From Candidatus Woesearchaeota archaeon (GTDB lineage: Archaea > Nanobdellota > Nanobdellia > SCGC-AAA011-G17 > PNOQ01): a DNA stretch of 54,738 bases. Positions within the stretch are counted from its first letter, which is position 1. Each line of letters starts with the position of its first letter. The notes under the pieces are model-generated. The model was not told where the DNA came from. It was given only the letters and a program-made list of their open reading frames with translations, and did no database searches. The DNA lies in the NCBI GenBank assembly GCA_964471565.1, contig CAYYFK010000003.1:1-54738 (forward strand), in the 5' to 3' direction. Shown piece by piece: positions 28,236-37,322 of this stretch. The position numbers and the translations under genes are program-made.

Positions 28236-29114
28236 TTATCTGAATTTAGGTTTTAAATTTAAAACCTTTAGAGTTAATGGTTCTCCGTTGTTTCCCTCTA
28301 ATTCTATTATTTCCCACTTATCTTTAGAGTAGCATGTTCCCTTGGAAGTTCCTGTTTTTTCTACTCTTTCTTTGAGTTCTTCAATCTCTTTCATTAATCT
28401 TTCTTTCATTATATGCCTCCCTTCACTTTCTGCTTCATCCACATCATCTAATGCTTCCCACAATTTATCAATATATACTTCTAGCCACCCATTGTATAGT
28501 CTTTGTCTATACAGATTTTCTATTCCATTTTCTAGATCCAGTTTTCTTTGAAATTGTTTCCAACTTTCTGTGTTTTTTGTTAATCCCCAATGATCTTCCG
28601 GGGGTATTGTCCAGCTTCTAAAATCTGAACCAAATTCTATTTCTTCTTGTTCTTCTTCGACTGGACCTTCTACTGTGTCTTTTCCAACAATTGAATGAGA
28701 GTGATTTGCTTTGGTTTCATAATCTATTATCAAATCTGCTAAAGAATGTTTGAAGCTATCTATCTTTGGGAGGTTTAATTTTTCTGAAGCATCAATGTCT
28801 TCCATTAGACTCAAAAGTGCATGTAAGGCGATTGTGCTTTTTCTTTCTGAAGGACCTTTCAAACCTTTTCCTTTTGTGTCATAAGTTAAATTTATCTCGT
28901 TTTTTCCTATTTTGTGAATAGCGTTTGTTTCTATTCTGTATTCTCCTTTATTTTTTAAACAATTTATAAAATACAAAAGATCTCCTATTTGGCTTGAAGG
29001 GAAAACATCTTCGTTAAATTCTAAAAAAATTCTATAAACACTCTCGCTAGGAGTTTTTAGTAATCCATAAGAAATACCATATTGGGATATTCCGAATACC
29101 CTCTCTAGAGACAT
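28236..29114 (-). CDS. Hypothetical protein
   Basis: 292-aa ORF, no recognised motif. Confidence 0.7.
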   Translation of the reverse strand: MSLERVFGISQYGISYGLLKTPSESVYRIFLEFNEDVFPSSQIGDLLYFINCLKNKGEYRIETNAIHKIGKNEINLTYDTKGKGLKGPSERKSTIALHALLSLMEDIDASEKLNLPKIDSFKHSLADLIIDYETKANHSHSIVGKDTVEGPVEEEQEEIEFGSDFRSWTIPPEDHWGLTKNTESWKQFQRKLDLENGIENLYRQRLYNGWLEVYIDKLWEALDDVDEAESEGRHIMKERLMKEIEELKERVEKTGTSKGTCYSKDKWEIIELEGNNGEPLTLKVLNLKPKFR

Positions 29115-29162
29115 AAGTTTATTAGTTATTTATAATTTATAAATATTTAGAGAAAAATAGTA

Positions 29163-29360
29163 TTATTGCTCTATTAAATCTTCAAAAAGAAGTAATCCTA
29201 AACAGTTTTCTTTAACTTTTTTTTCTGGAATTGGTGTATCTAAATTATATCTCCCTTCAATAGCAAGTTTAGTATAATATGCATTACTACCTACATTATC
29301 TGGATGAGAAAACTTTTTATCATACTCTTCTTGGAACCTCTTTAGTGTTTCTTCATTCAT
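29163..29360 (-). CDS. Small hypothetical protein
   Basis: 65 aa, directly downstream of the lipoprotein-like ORF. Confidence 0.5.
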   Translation of the reverse strand: MNEETLKRFQEEYDKKFSHPDNVGSNAYYTKLAIEGRYNLDTPIPEKKVKENCLGLLLFEDLIEQ

Positions 29361-29361
29361 T

Positions 29362-29727
29362 TTAAAAATGTGATTGATTATATTGATCTATTTCTTTATA
29401 AGTTACTTTTCCTAGCTTACTTGCTGATGCACCTTCTCTTTCAGCGTAAAAAGTTATATTACGATATTTTGACCAAGAAAGAGTATAAGTCAAAATATCG
29501 TTTTCATGAAAGTGTGGGGGCAATCCAATACTCTCCAAAAAATCTCCAGCTTCTTTTAAACTTAGAATGTGGTCTTCTCCAGAGGCTTTTGATAATGCCA
29601 AATTTACTTTTTCTTCTATTTCATTAGCTGAAGGCAGTTCTTCTTTATCTGTTTCGATAACTTTGCTGCAAGCTGCACTTAAAGCTATCAAACCTGCTAA
29701 ACCAAGAGTTAGTAATTTTCCTTTCAT
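29362..29727 (-). CDS. Putative lipoprotein
   Basis: Signal peptide with lipobox-like LSAAC. Confidence 0.65.
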   Translation of the reverse strand: MKGKLLTLGLAGLIALSAACSKVIETDKEELPSANEIEEKVNLALSKASGEDHILSLKEAGDFLESIGLPPHFHENDILTYTLSWSKYRNITFYAEREGASASKLGKVTYKEIDQYNQSHF

Positions 29728-29731
29728 TTTT

Positions 29732-30514
29732 TTAGTTTAAGGACATATTAACCATACTGTTCATAGCATTTACAAAGTATGGGCTCGTTACCCAAATTGC
29801 CATGTCTGCTTTGTCTTCTATTGAACCGTCAGTTAACATAAACATAAGCTCTTTGTTATCAACCAAAATGAATCTTGAGTTGATTTCTGGAACTAGTTTA
29901 GTTTGTATAATATTTTTCGCATCTTTGTCATTTATTTTTTCAGGAGTTACTAACTTTATTTTTACTCCTTTTTCTTTTAGTTTCTTGAATAAAAACTTAA
30001 AATTTTCGAATTTTCTTTCGAAACCTTCTTTAGTTGTTGAAATAACCACTGATTTTTCAGCAGATCTCAACATTATTTCAATTTGATTGTAAATATTTTT
30101 TCTTCCTTTAATTGAAGATGTTATTGTTGTTGGATCAACATTGTCAATCCCATTTGTGAACAACTTGTTTAAATCGCTAAATATGTCTGTTCCTTGTAAT
30201 TCTGAAATCATACTTATTTGTTGATTTGCTTTTTCCTGAACATCTTTTTTAACTCTATTTATGATGTCTTTTGGTTCTACTGCTAAATATTTAATTGGCT
30301 TATCTAATTTCATAATGATAAACCCTTTCTTTTCTAATGATTCTAGAATATCATATGCTCTTGATCTTGGTACATTACCAATATCAGACAACTCTCCTGC
30401 TGAAGCTGATCCTTTGCTTAACAAAGCAGTCCAGATTTTTACCTCATACTCGTTTAAGTCGAATGCTGATCTTAATTTTTTTAGGAATTGTTGATTTAGT
30501 ATCATATTTTCCAT
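29732..30514 (-). CDS. TrmB-family transcriptional regulator
   Basis: LNEYEVKIWTALL, VPRSRAYDILESLEKKG, RFILVD. Confidence 0.9.
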   Translation of the reverse strand: MENMILNQQFLKKLRSAFDLNEYEVKIWTALLSKGSASAGELSDIGNVPRSRAYDILESLEKKGFIIMKLDKPIKYLAVEPKDIINRVKKDVQEKANQQISMISELQGTDIFSDLNKLFTNGIDNVDPTTITSSIKGRKNIYNQIEIMLRSAEKSVVISTTKEGFERKFENFKFLFKKLKEKGVKIKLVTPEKINDKDAKNIIQTKLVPEINSRFILVDNKELMFMLTDGSIEDKADMAIWVTSPYFVNAMNSMVNMSLN

Positions 30515-30599
30515 CTCCTTGTCGGAATACTAGTAAATTTGGTTGCTTTATAAAGCTTTCTGTTAGTGTAATTATGTAGTAGTAAAAGGTTAGACTTTA

Positions 30600-30776
30600 T
30601 TAAAATTCGATAAGAGGCGTGTAAGTTTTCTTTTTACATAGGTAGTCTCTTGAGTCAAATTTGCAATATTTACATGAAACAGAGGGTTTTAAGCAGAATC
30701 CAGATTCTTCAAAGAGTGTATTGTTAAATGGTAATTTTTCGCATGTTTTTATTAAGAATTCTTCTAACTTTTTCAT
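30600..30776 (-). CDS. Small Cys-rich protein (58 aa, not in ORF track)
   Basis: MKKLEEFLIKTC...C...CKYC...C; ATGA overlap with the upstream stop. Confidence 0.55.
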   Translation of the reverse strand: MKKLEEFLIKTCEKLPFNNTLFEESGFCLKPSVSCKYCKFDSRDYLCKKKTYTPLIEF

Positions 30777-31060
30777 AATTCTGCAGGTTTTCTTCTTTTT
30801 TTACTTATTTTTTTATCTTCTTCTTCTATGCTTTTTAGAACTGCTCTAAGATATTTTGCTTTTTCTTCATCATCAAGTCCTTCTTTTTTTAGATCTGGGA
30901 GTTTTTCTTCTTCTTTGTCGGCATAAACCTCTAATAAATAATTTAGCAGCCTCCTTTGAGATTTTTCTTTTACTAACGCTATAGATACTCCTATTGCGAA
31001 ACCTATAGAAATTCCTGCTAAAAATGTAAGAACATGATTGATTGTTATTAACTCTATCAT
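30773..31060 (-). CDS. Single-TM hypothetical protein
   Basis: N-terminal TM, charged tail. Confidence 0.6.
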   Translation of the reverse strand: MIELITINHVLTFLAGISIGFAIGVSIALVKEKSQRRLLNYLLEVYADKEEEKLPDLKKEGLDDEEKAKYLRAVLKSIEEEDKKISKKRRKPAEL

Positions 31061-31094
31061 ATAATGGGGAATTCATCAGTTTTTTTAAAGATTA

Positions 31095-31832
31095 TTATTC
31101 TAGAAAGGTGAGTAAATACATTACAAAAATTCCTAGAATTAACCCAAATAGTTGCAATATGCTTCTTGAAAGCTTTGTTTCTTTGTGTAATTCTGGAATT
31201 AAGTCTGATGAAGCTATATATAAGAATCCTCCTGCCGTAATTGGGATTATAAATGTTGAGAAGTTTTCTATTAATGGTCCAACTAAGATTACAAGAATTG
31301 CTCCTATGAAGGCTGTTAAAGAAATTATAAAATTATAAAACAGTGCTTTTGCTTTTGTGTATCCAGAATGCAATAAAATTCCAAAATCTCCAATTTCTTG
31401 TGGTATTTCGTGAAATAAAACTGCTATTGTTGTCGCTATTCCTAGTGGGATACTGACTAAATACGAACCTGCTATTAAAACACCATCTAAAAAATTGTGG
31501 AACCCATCTCCAATTAGATTCATTGTAGCTAAAGGTTTATTGTGAGTTTTACAATCTTGATCGTGGCAATGGTGCCATTTTAATAACTTTTCTAGGATGA
31601 AAAATAATAAGATTCCGATTAATATCCCGAAAGTTACATTTAGGGAAAATCCTGATTTTGTTGCTTCTGGCAATAAATGTATAAAAACATCTCCCAATAA
31701 AGTTCCTACTGCAAAACTTACTAGGAAAAGTAATGATTTTTTTAGAAGTTTTTTTGAGCAGCTTAGTGTAGTTATTCCAATTAGGGATATTATCGAGATG
31801 ATTAGTATGCTTAGGAAAATGTGGGTTATCAT
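31095..31832 (-). CDS. ZIP-family metal transporter
   Basis: HNFLDG, HEIPQEIGDF, His/Cys loop. Confidence 0.93.
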   Translation of the reverse strand: MITHIFLSILIISIISLIGITTLSCSKKLLKKSLLFLVSFAVGTLLGDVFIHLLPEATKSGFSLNVTFGILIGILLFFILEKLLKWHHCHDQDCKTHNKPLATMNLIGDGFHNFLDGVLIAGSYLVSIPLGIATTIAVLFHEIPQEIGDFGILLHSGYTKAKALFYNFIISLTAFIGAILVILVGPLIENFSTFIIPITAGGFLYIASSDLIPELHKETKLSRSILQLFGLILGIFVMYLLTFLE

Positions 31833-31928
31833 ATCTAATTCTTTTTTTGTTTTGTATTTAAATGTTTTTGATTTTGTTTTAAATAGTTTTATCAGAAGTT
31901 ATTTAAATAACATTAATTTTCAATAAGT

Positions 31929-32717
31929 ATGAAACATAACTTAACTGTAACTATAATAATTGCTGTTCTATTTTTCTTGGCTCATTTTATTGGTTTATTT
32001 ATTACTCAACAATATTTAGAAGTTGAGTTGCCTTATGGTATTGAAAGACCAGAATTAGAGAGTTCAACGAGTTATATTCCTTTAATAATTGCTATATTGA
32101 TAGCAACCGGAATTGCTTTATTATTAATGAAGTTTGGTGCTATGAAAATTTGGAAAATTTGGTTTATTTTTGCAACTATTTATTTATTGGGCATTGCATT
32201 CTCTGCCTTTTTAATTCAAATGTGGGCTTTAATCTTGGCAGTTATATTTGGTTTGTTAAAGTTTTATAGACCTTCGGTTATAACTCATAATTTTACTGAA
32301 TTATTTGTTTATAGTGGTATTGCTGCGATTTTTGCTCCTATAATGAGTCTCTTTGCAGTTTCAATATTATTAATTTTAATTTCTGTTTATGATGCTATTG
32401 CTGTTTGGAAAACTAAACATATGGTTAAAATGGCTAAATTTCAAGCTAAATCAAAAATGTTTGCAGGTTTAGTTGTTCCTTATGATAAAGGTAAAAAAAC
32501 AGCTGTTTTAGGTGGTGGAGATATAGGATTTACTTTATTGTTTTCTGGTGTTGTTTTAGCTCAATTTGGTTTTTACAAAGCATTGTTGGTTTCTTTTATT
32601 ACAATGATTAGTTTATTTTTGTTGTTAACTTATAGTAAGAAGAATAAGTTCTATCCAGCAATGCCTTATTTAAGTGCTGGATGTTTCTTAGGATTGTTAC
32701 TTAGTTTTTTATTTTAA
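31929..32717 (+). CDS. Presenilin-like (A22) intramembrane aspartyl protease
   Basis: YD motif (VYDAIAVW), GGGD, PAMP. Confidence 0.85.
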   Translation: MKHNLTVTIIIAVLFFLAHFIGLFITQQYLEVELPYGIERPELESSTSYIPLIIAILIATGIALLLMKFGAMKIWKIWFIFATIYLLGIAFSAFLIQMWALILAVIFGLLKFYRPSVITHNFTELFVYSGIAAIFAPIMSLFAVSILLILISVYDAIAVWKTKHMVKMAKFQAKSKMFAGLVVPYDKGKKTAVLGGGDIGFTLLFSGVVLAQFGFYKALLVSFITMISLFLLLTYSKKNKFYPAMPYLSAGCFLGLLLSFLF

Positions 32718-32808
32718 ACTTTTTTGATCTACAAACACAGGCAAATTTTGGGATTTTTCCATTTAAATTATATCTTGCACCGCAGTTTTCGCATATTGCT
32801 TCAGCCAT
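32701..32808 (-). CDS. Micro zinc-binding protein (35 aa, not in ORF track)
   Basis: MAEAICENCG...FACVCRSKKF; start overlaps the upstream stop. Confidence 0.5.
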   Translation of the reverse strand: MAEAICENCGARYNLNGKIPKFACVCRSKKFKIKN

Positions 32809-33145
32809 CTTGTTTTTCTCCTTGAGCATTATTTATTAATTCAGCTATTTTTTCTAGATTTTTTCTAGTTGTTGGGTTAATTCTTATTCCCCTTCTTGGA
32901 ATTGGTTGTGGTTTGTCAATGAATTTTAATTTTATTTTATCCCCCATTCCGTGATCCCCTTGAAATGGTTTTAAAATTATTTCATCATATCCAACATGCA
33001 CTAATTTTCCAGCAAAATCATCTCCCCTAAGATCTCTCCCCTCTACATAACTTCCTATGTTTTCTTGATGATATTCTAAACTCTCTTCAATTGGGTCTTT
33101 TTCTATTTGTTCATTTTCTCTTCCAAAACCTATTAAATTTTTCAT
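32801..33145 (-). CDS. Hypothetical protein
   Basis: 114-aa ORF in a coupled operon. Confidence 0.6.
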   Translation of the reverse strand: MKNLIGFGRENEQIEKDPIEESLEYHQENIGSYVEGRDLRGDDFAGKLVHVGYDEIILKPFQGDHGMGDKIKLKFIDKPQPIPRRGIRINPTTRKNLEKIAELINNAQGEKQDG

Positions 33146-33147
33146 TT

Positions 33148-33621
33148 TTAGTATAACACTCCTATTAGTACATATTCTACTTGATCATATCTCATTTTTC
33201 CAGGATCAATTACAGATGAATTGTCTCCTTTTGTATATGCGAACCAACCTTCTTCATCATATCCAATTTGAATAACTCTATGAACAACTAAATTATTTGT
33301 CCATTCTGGTTGGTAAGTTATGATATCTCCTATTTGTATATCATTTTCTGAGCTTGGAATTATTTCTATTCCGTTAGCTTCCTTATCTAAAACTGGGTCC
33401 ATTGAACCCGTGTCTGCGTATTTTGCAAATGTTGCTCCTTCTATATCTATGACAATTTTATCTTCGTAAATATGAATTTGGTCTTCTTTTATTCTATCCT
33501 TTGGGGATATTAATTCATTTGAATTAAAAATGTTAGAAGGATTGCTAAAATCTATGCTATATGCTAAATTTGCAGCTAGTAAAATCAGAATTATCACCTG
33601 TAATATGATTATTTTTTTCAT
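33148..33621 (-). CDS. Signal peptidase I (S26)-like protein
   Basis: TGSMDP, VVHRV, TKGDN. Confidence 0.85.
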   Translation of the reverse strand: MKKIIILQVIILILLAANLAYSIDFSNPSNIFNSNELISPKDRIKEDQIHIYEDKIVIDIEGATFAKYADTGSMDPVLDKEANGIEIIPSSENDIQIGDIITYQPEWTNNLVVHRVIQIGYDEEGWFAYTKGDNSSVIDPGKMRYDQVEYVLIGVLY

Positions 33622-33740
33622 TTTAAAGTAGAAATATTGGTCTTATTATACTTATAAACCTTTCTATTTGTTATTTCTCTAAAGTAGTTACATAATAGTA
33701 AGATTTATATAGTGGAGAATATAGTTGATTTTAAAGAAAA

Positions 33741-33974
33741 ATGGTATATCGACAAAAAGCTAGGGAAATGACTTCAGAAGGATTAGTTATTTTTTTAAGG
33801 AATGAATCAAAATATGAAGAAGATAGTGTTGAATATTCTAAAATTCAAGATATAAAAAGAGAATTTGGTATTCTTGCCAAAGGAGCAGTACAATTCGGAG
33901 GAGAAGCCTTCCATGATTTTAAGGAATATTTTGATGATTTAGAAGATTTATTAGAAACTGTTGGAGATTCTTAA
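33741..33974 (+). CDS. Small hypothetical protein
   Basis: 77 aa, first gene of a 3-gene run. Confidence 0.6.
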   Translation: MVYRQKAREMTSEGLVIFLRNESKYEEDSVEYSKIQDIKREFGILAKGAVQFGGEAFHDFKEYFDDLEDLLETVGDS

Positions 33975-33980
33975 TTAAAA

Positions 33981-34490
33981 ATGATTCCAAAATTTAATTT
34001 AACTAATTATCCTATTGGTCAAATCGATAAGGGATTAGACGGAGTTGTAGTCAGAATTTCTGAAGATCTTGTTGCAAAAATTCCCTTTACTGAAAATGAA
34101 AATGAAGCAAAGACATTTGCAATAGATGAATGTGAAATTGCAGATGCCCTATATGAACATGGTGTTTCAGTTCCAAAGCCAGAAGGAGTTTATATTTTGG
34201 ATGAAAGGATTAGAAATGTTTTGAATCTAAAAAGTAATGGGCTTGAGAATATTGCACCGGCCCTTTATGGATTTGTTATGCAATACATCCCAGGAGTGAA
34301 ACTAAATGATGAATCTATTTTGCCTTATGATAATTTATTTGAGGAACTTAATGCAAAATCTAATTTAAATTTAGAAAAATCTATGGAAGTTGCTATACCT
34401 GAAGATCATGGGCCATACAATGTTTTGGTGGATGAATCAGAATCAGAAGTATTTCTTATTGACTTCGCAGGATGGAGATTGATAGATTAA
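33981..34490 (+). CDS. Minimal protein-kinase-like (RIO/APH-type) protein
   Basis: KGLDGVV, VAKI, VPKP, VMQYIPG, DHGPYNVL, IDFAG. Confidence 0.75.
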   Translation: MIPKFNLTNYPIGQIDKGLDGVVVRISEDLVAKIPFTENENEAKTFAIDECEIADALYEHGVSVPKPEGVYILDERIRNVLNLKSNGLENIAPALYGFVMQYIPGVKLNDESILPYDNLFEELNAKSNLNLEKSMEVAIPEDHGPYNVLVDESESEVFLIDFAGWRLID

Positions 34491-34491
34491 A

Positions 34492-34836
34492 ATGAAAGAT
34501 TTACCAGAAAAATTATACCATGGAACTTGTAAGGCTTTTGTAGCTTATGCCTTACAAAATGAGGGAAAACTTGGTCCTTGTTCTGACTCAGTTAGCTTTA
34601 CCCCTAAGTTGGATCATGCAAGAATGTTTTCTGAAAGTTGGAAAACCCCTGCAGGTTTAAAAAAATTGGAAGATTGTTTTGGAGAGGTTTTAGATTTAAA
34701 ATTTTCTGAACCTGTTGTCTTAGAATTTGATTCTTCAACTCTTGGAAAACTACATTATAGAAAAGATTGTGAAATAGATGAATTTTATGTAGAATGTGGC
34801 CCAATTGATATTAGTCTTGGTAAGGAAGTTAGTTAA
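34492..34836 (+). CDS. Putative ADP-ribosyltransferase-fold protein
   Basis: LYHGT near the N-terminus, VSFT...A..F, late EFYV. Confidence 0.45.
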   Translation: MKDLPEKLYHGTCKAFVAYALQNEGKLGPCSDSVSFTPKLDHARMFSESWKTPAGLKKLEDCFGEVLDLKFSEPVVLEFDSSTLGKLHYRKDCEIDEFYVECGPIDISLGKEVS

Positions 34837-34883
34837 ACAAATCCGAAATTCTTAAAAAAGACTACTTACTTGAGTTTGTTTAT

Positions 34884-34966
34884 GCCGAGATCGCATAATC
34901 TGGTATTGCACAGGATTGCTAATCCTGGACCCTCGGGTCGTCTGGGTTCAAATCCCAGTCTCGGCG
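34884..34966 (+). tRNA. tRNA-Ser(GCT), intronless
   Basis: GCCGAGA/TCTCGGC, anticodon arm CAGGA-TTGCTAA-TCCTG, long variable arm, G73. Confidence 0.95.
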
Positions 34967-35008
34967 TATTTTCATTAATTTTTTATATTTCAACTAACTA
35001 CTAATATT

Positions 35009-35314
35009 ATGGTAGATATCATAGATTTTGCTTTACACATTAAGTATCCTGGAATATTTGGAAAACTGGAATATAAAAAAGAACCAAGCACTACAAGTTT
35101 ACTTAAGGCAGAATTTGAGCTGAAAAGAAGCTTAGGTGAAGAACTTCCACTTAATTTTGATCTTATGCAAGAATATATGGAAAAATATTGTGGAAAAAAT
35201 GAAGCAATTTCTGAATTAAAAAATAGGGTCGAAGAAATGGCAAATAGACATTGGTCAAATTTATTATCTAAAGTTGAACTTCATCCCGATGAATTCTTTC
35301 CTAGCCACCTTTAG
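35009..35314 (+). CDS. Hypothetical protein
   Basis: 101-aa ORF. Confidence 0.6.
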   Translation: MVDIIDFALHIKYPGIFGKLEYKKEPSTTSLLKAEFELKRSLGEELPLNFDLMQEYMEKYCGKNEAISELKNRVEEMANRHWSNLLSKVELHPDEFFPSHL

Positions 35315-35349
35315 TAAGTTTTTTATACTAAAGGTAAATCTAGAGTATT

Positions 35350-35871
35350 ATGTATTTAGAAGGGTTGATAACATTTTTGGGTTTAATTATTGGTTTATTT
35401 ATTGGTAAATACACTAAAGGCGAGATTAAATCTGGAAAGAAATATTTTTCTGTTGCTTATAGAATTGTTCTTTTCTTTTTATTTTTGATTAGTTTATATT
35501 TTGCTTGGTATGCCAATATTTTTCATTTCTTACTTGCTTTTGTAGCTGGAATGGTATTTAGCATTGGATTAAAGAATATATATTTCTATTTAGGTTTGTT
35601 ATTTGTTCTAAGTTTTTGGGGCAGTGAAACCTTCTTTTTTATTGTTGCTACAATAATCTTTATCTTTGGTTTGCTTCATGGTGGTTTGATAATTGAAAAG
35701 TTTTCTAGAATTAAAAATATAAGAAACAAAATTGTGGCTTCTTTAATATCATTTGCTATTCCTTTTATCTTGATTTATTTTAAGAATTTTGCCTTGGGTA
35801 CTAGTTATATCTTGTTTGCGTTTATTTCTGGAGCTATTTTCTTGAAATTTATCAAAAAGTTAGATTTATAA
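35350..35871 (+). CDS. Multi-pass membrane protein
   Basis: About 6 hydrophobic segments. Confidence 0.75.
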   Translation: MYLEGLITFLGLIIGLFIGKYTKGEIKSGKKYFSVAYRIVLFFLFLISLYFAWYANIFHFLLAFVAGMVFSIGLKNIYFYLGLLFVLSFWGSETFFFIVATIIFIFGLLHGGLIIEKFSRIKNIRNKIVASLISFAIPFILIYFKNFALGTSYILFAFISGAIFLKFIKKLDL

Positions 35872-35894
35872 ATGGTTAATTTTTTCTTATTTTT

Positions 35895-36629
35895 ATGGGT
35901 TTACATCTAATTGGACTAGGAATGCATGATGAAAAGGACATCACATTAAAGGGATTAGAAACTATAAAAAAATGTGATTCTGTTTATTTGGAAATTTATA
36001 CTTCTTTGTTAGATTCTTCTTTAGAAAAGCTTGAAGAATTATATGAAAAAAAGGTAAATATTGCTACAAGAGAGATGGTTGAGAAAGATGATAACGAAAT
36101 ATTAGAAAAAGCAAAGAATGAAGAAGTGGCCTTTTTGGTAAAGGGAGACATTTTTGGAGCTACTACCCATATGGATTTGGTTTTGAGAGCTCAAAAATTA
36201 GGAATTAAAATCTATTATATTTTCAATGCATCTGTTATGACTGTTGTTGGTGCGATTGGTCTTGAATTGTACAAATATGGAAAAACTACAAGCATTCCTT
36301 TTGGTAATGAGCATGTTTCTGCTCCAATAAAAATTTTTGATCAGAATTATAAGAATGATATGCACACTTTGTTTTTATTAGATTTAGATCCAATTAATAA
36401 TAAGTTTTTGAATATTAATGAAGCTTCTGAATATTTGATTAAACATGGTGTTGACGAGAATTTGATTGCTATTGGATGTAGTCATTTAGGGAGTAGGGGC
36501 GCAGAAGTAAAAACTAGAACATTGAAAGGTATGACGAATGAGACATTTAGTAGCTACCCTCAAAGTTTGATTATTCCTGCTAAAGATTTACATTTTATTG
36601 AAGAGGAAGCAATCAATAGGTTTAAGTAA
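35895..36629 (+). CDS. dph5: Diphthine synthase
   Basis: LIGLG, VYLEIYTS, GD.FGATTH, LELYKYGKTTSIP, HTLFLLD. Confidence 0.93.
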   Translation: MGLHLIGLGMHDEKDITLKGLETIKKCDSVYLEIYTSLLDSSLEKLEELYEKKVNIATREMVEKDDNEILEKAKNEEVAFLVKGDIFGATTHMDLVLRAQKLGIKIYYIFNASVMTVVGAIGLELYKYGKTTSIPFGNEHVSAPIKIFDQNYKNDMHTLFLLDLDPINNKFLNINEASEYLIKHGVDENLIAIGCSHLGSRGAEVKTRTLKGMTNETFSSYPQSLIIPAKDLHFIEEEAINRFK

Positions 36630-36649
36630 GTTTAATTATATTTCTTTGT

Positions 36650-36865
36650 ATGAGAGTTAAAATTATTGTAAAAGCAAATTCTAATGAAAATAAGGTTCTT
36701 GGTTTTGACGGAAACTTTGATGCCTATAGAATAAAAATAAAGGCTAAGCCAAAAGATGGTGAAGCAAATAAAGAAATTGAGAAATTTTTGAGAAAAACAT
36801 TTAAAAAAAAGGTTAAAATTGTCTCTGGTTTTAAGAGTTCTAGAAAAGTTATTGAGCTGGCTTAA
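36650..36865 (+). CDS. DUF167/UPF0235 family protein
   Basis: IKAKPKDGEANKEI, IVSGFKSSRKV. Confidence 0.85.
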   Translation: MRVKIIVKANSNENKVLGFDGNFDAYRIKIKAKPKDGEANKEIEKFLRKTFKKKVKIVSGFKSSRKVIELA

Positions 36866-37322
36866 AATTCATAATATTTTCAAATTTTTGTTCTAAAATC
36901 TCTCCTGAAATTGCATTGATTTTTAGATTAAAGACATTTAATGCTGTTGTTATATATGTCAAATTCCAAAATGGCACTTCTTTTTGTTGTAAAATAATTA
37001 TTTTTTTGCTTATTTCTTCTTTTTTATTTTCTTTTTCTAAAACTTTTAACATTATTTCTTGTGACTCTTCTAAATCTATTTTTATTTTTTCTATCTCTAA
37101 TTCTTTCAAATCTTTTTGTTTTTCATAAATCTCTGATTCTTCTGTATTTATTATTTCATTATTTAAAGAAAAGGTTATTAACTTATCCTTATAAAAAAAA
37201 TTAAATTGCCATCCTTTTTCATCTAAAAACGCACTTGAGATAAAAGTATCTGGATTGTTATTTTTGAATTCTTTAAATTCTTCTGAGTTTATTATTTTAG
37301 AATATTCTTTTGTTATGTTCAT
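36849..37322 (-). CDS. Hypothetical protein (PepSY-like C-terminus)
   Basis: FWNLTY...LKINAISGEIL. Confidence 0.65.
   Translation of the reverse strand: MNITKEYSKIINSEEFKEFKNNNPDTFISSAFLDEKGWQFNFFYKDKLITFSLNNEIINTEESEIYEKQKDLKELEIEKIKIDLEESQEIMLKVLEKENKKEEISKKIIILQQKEVPFWNLTYITTALNVFNLKINAISGEILEQKFENIMNFKPAQ

Noticed and set aside
30574-30587. 12/14 match to the Fic repeat upstream of trmB, and a 9-nt partial match at 50122-50130
   Set aside because: Short, degenerate AT-rich matches (the first in opposite orientation to its gene); compatible with chance.
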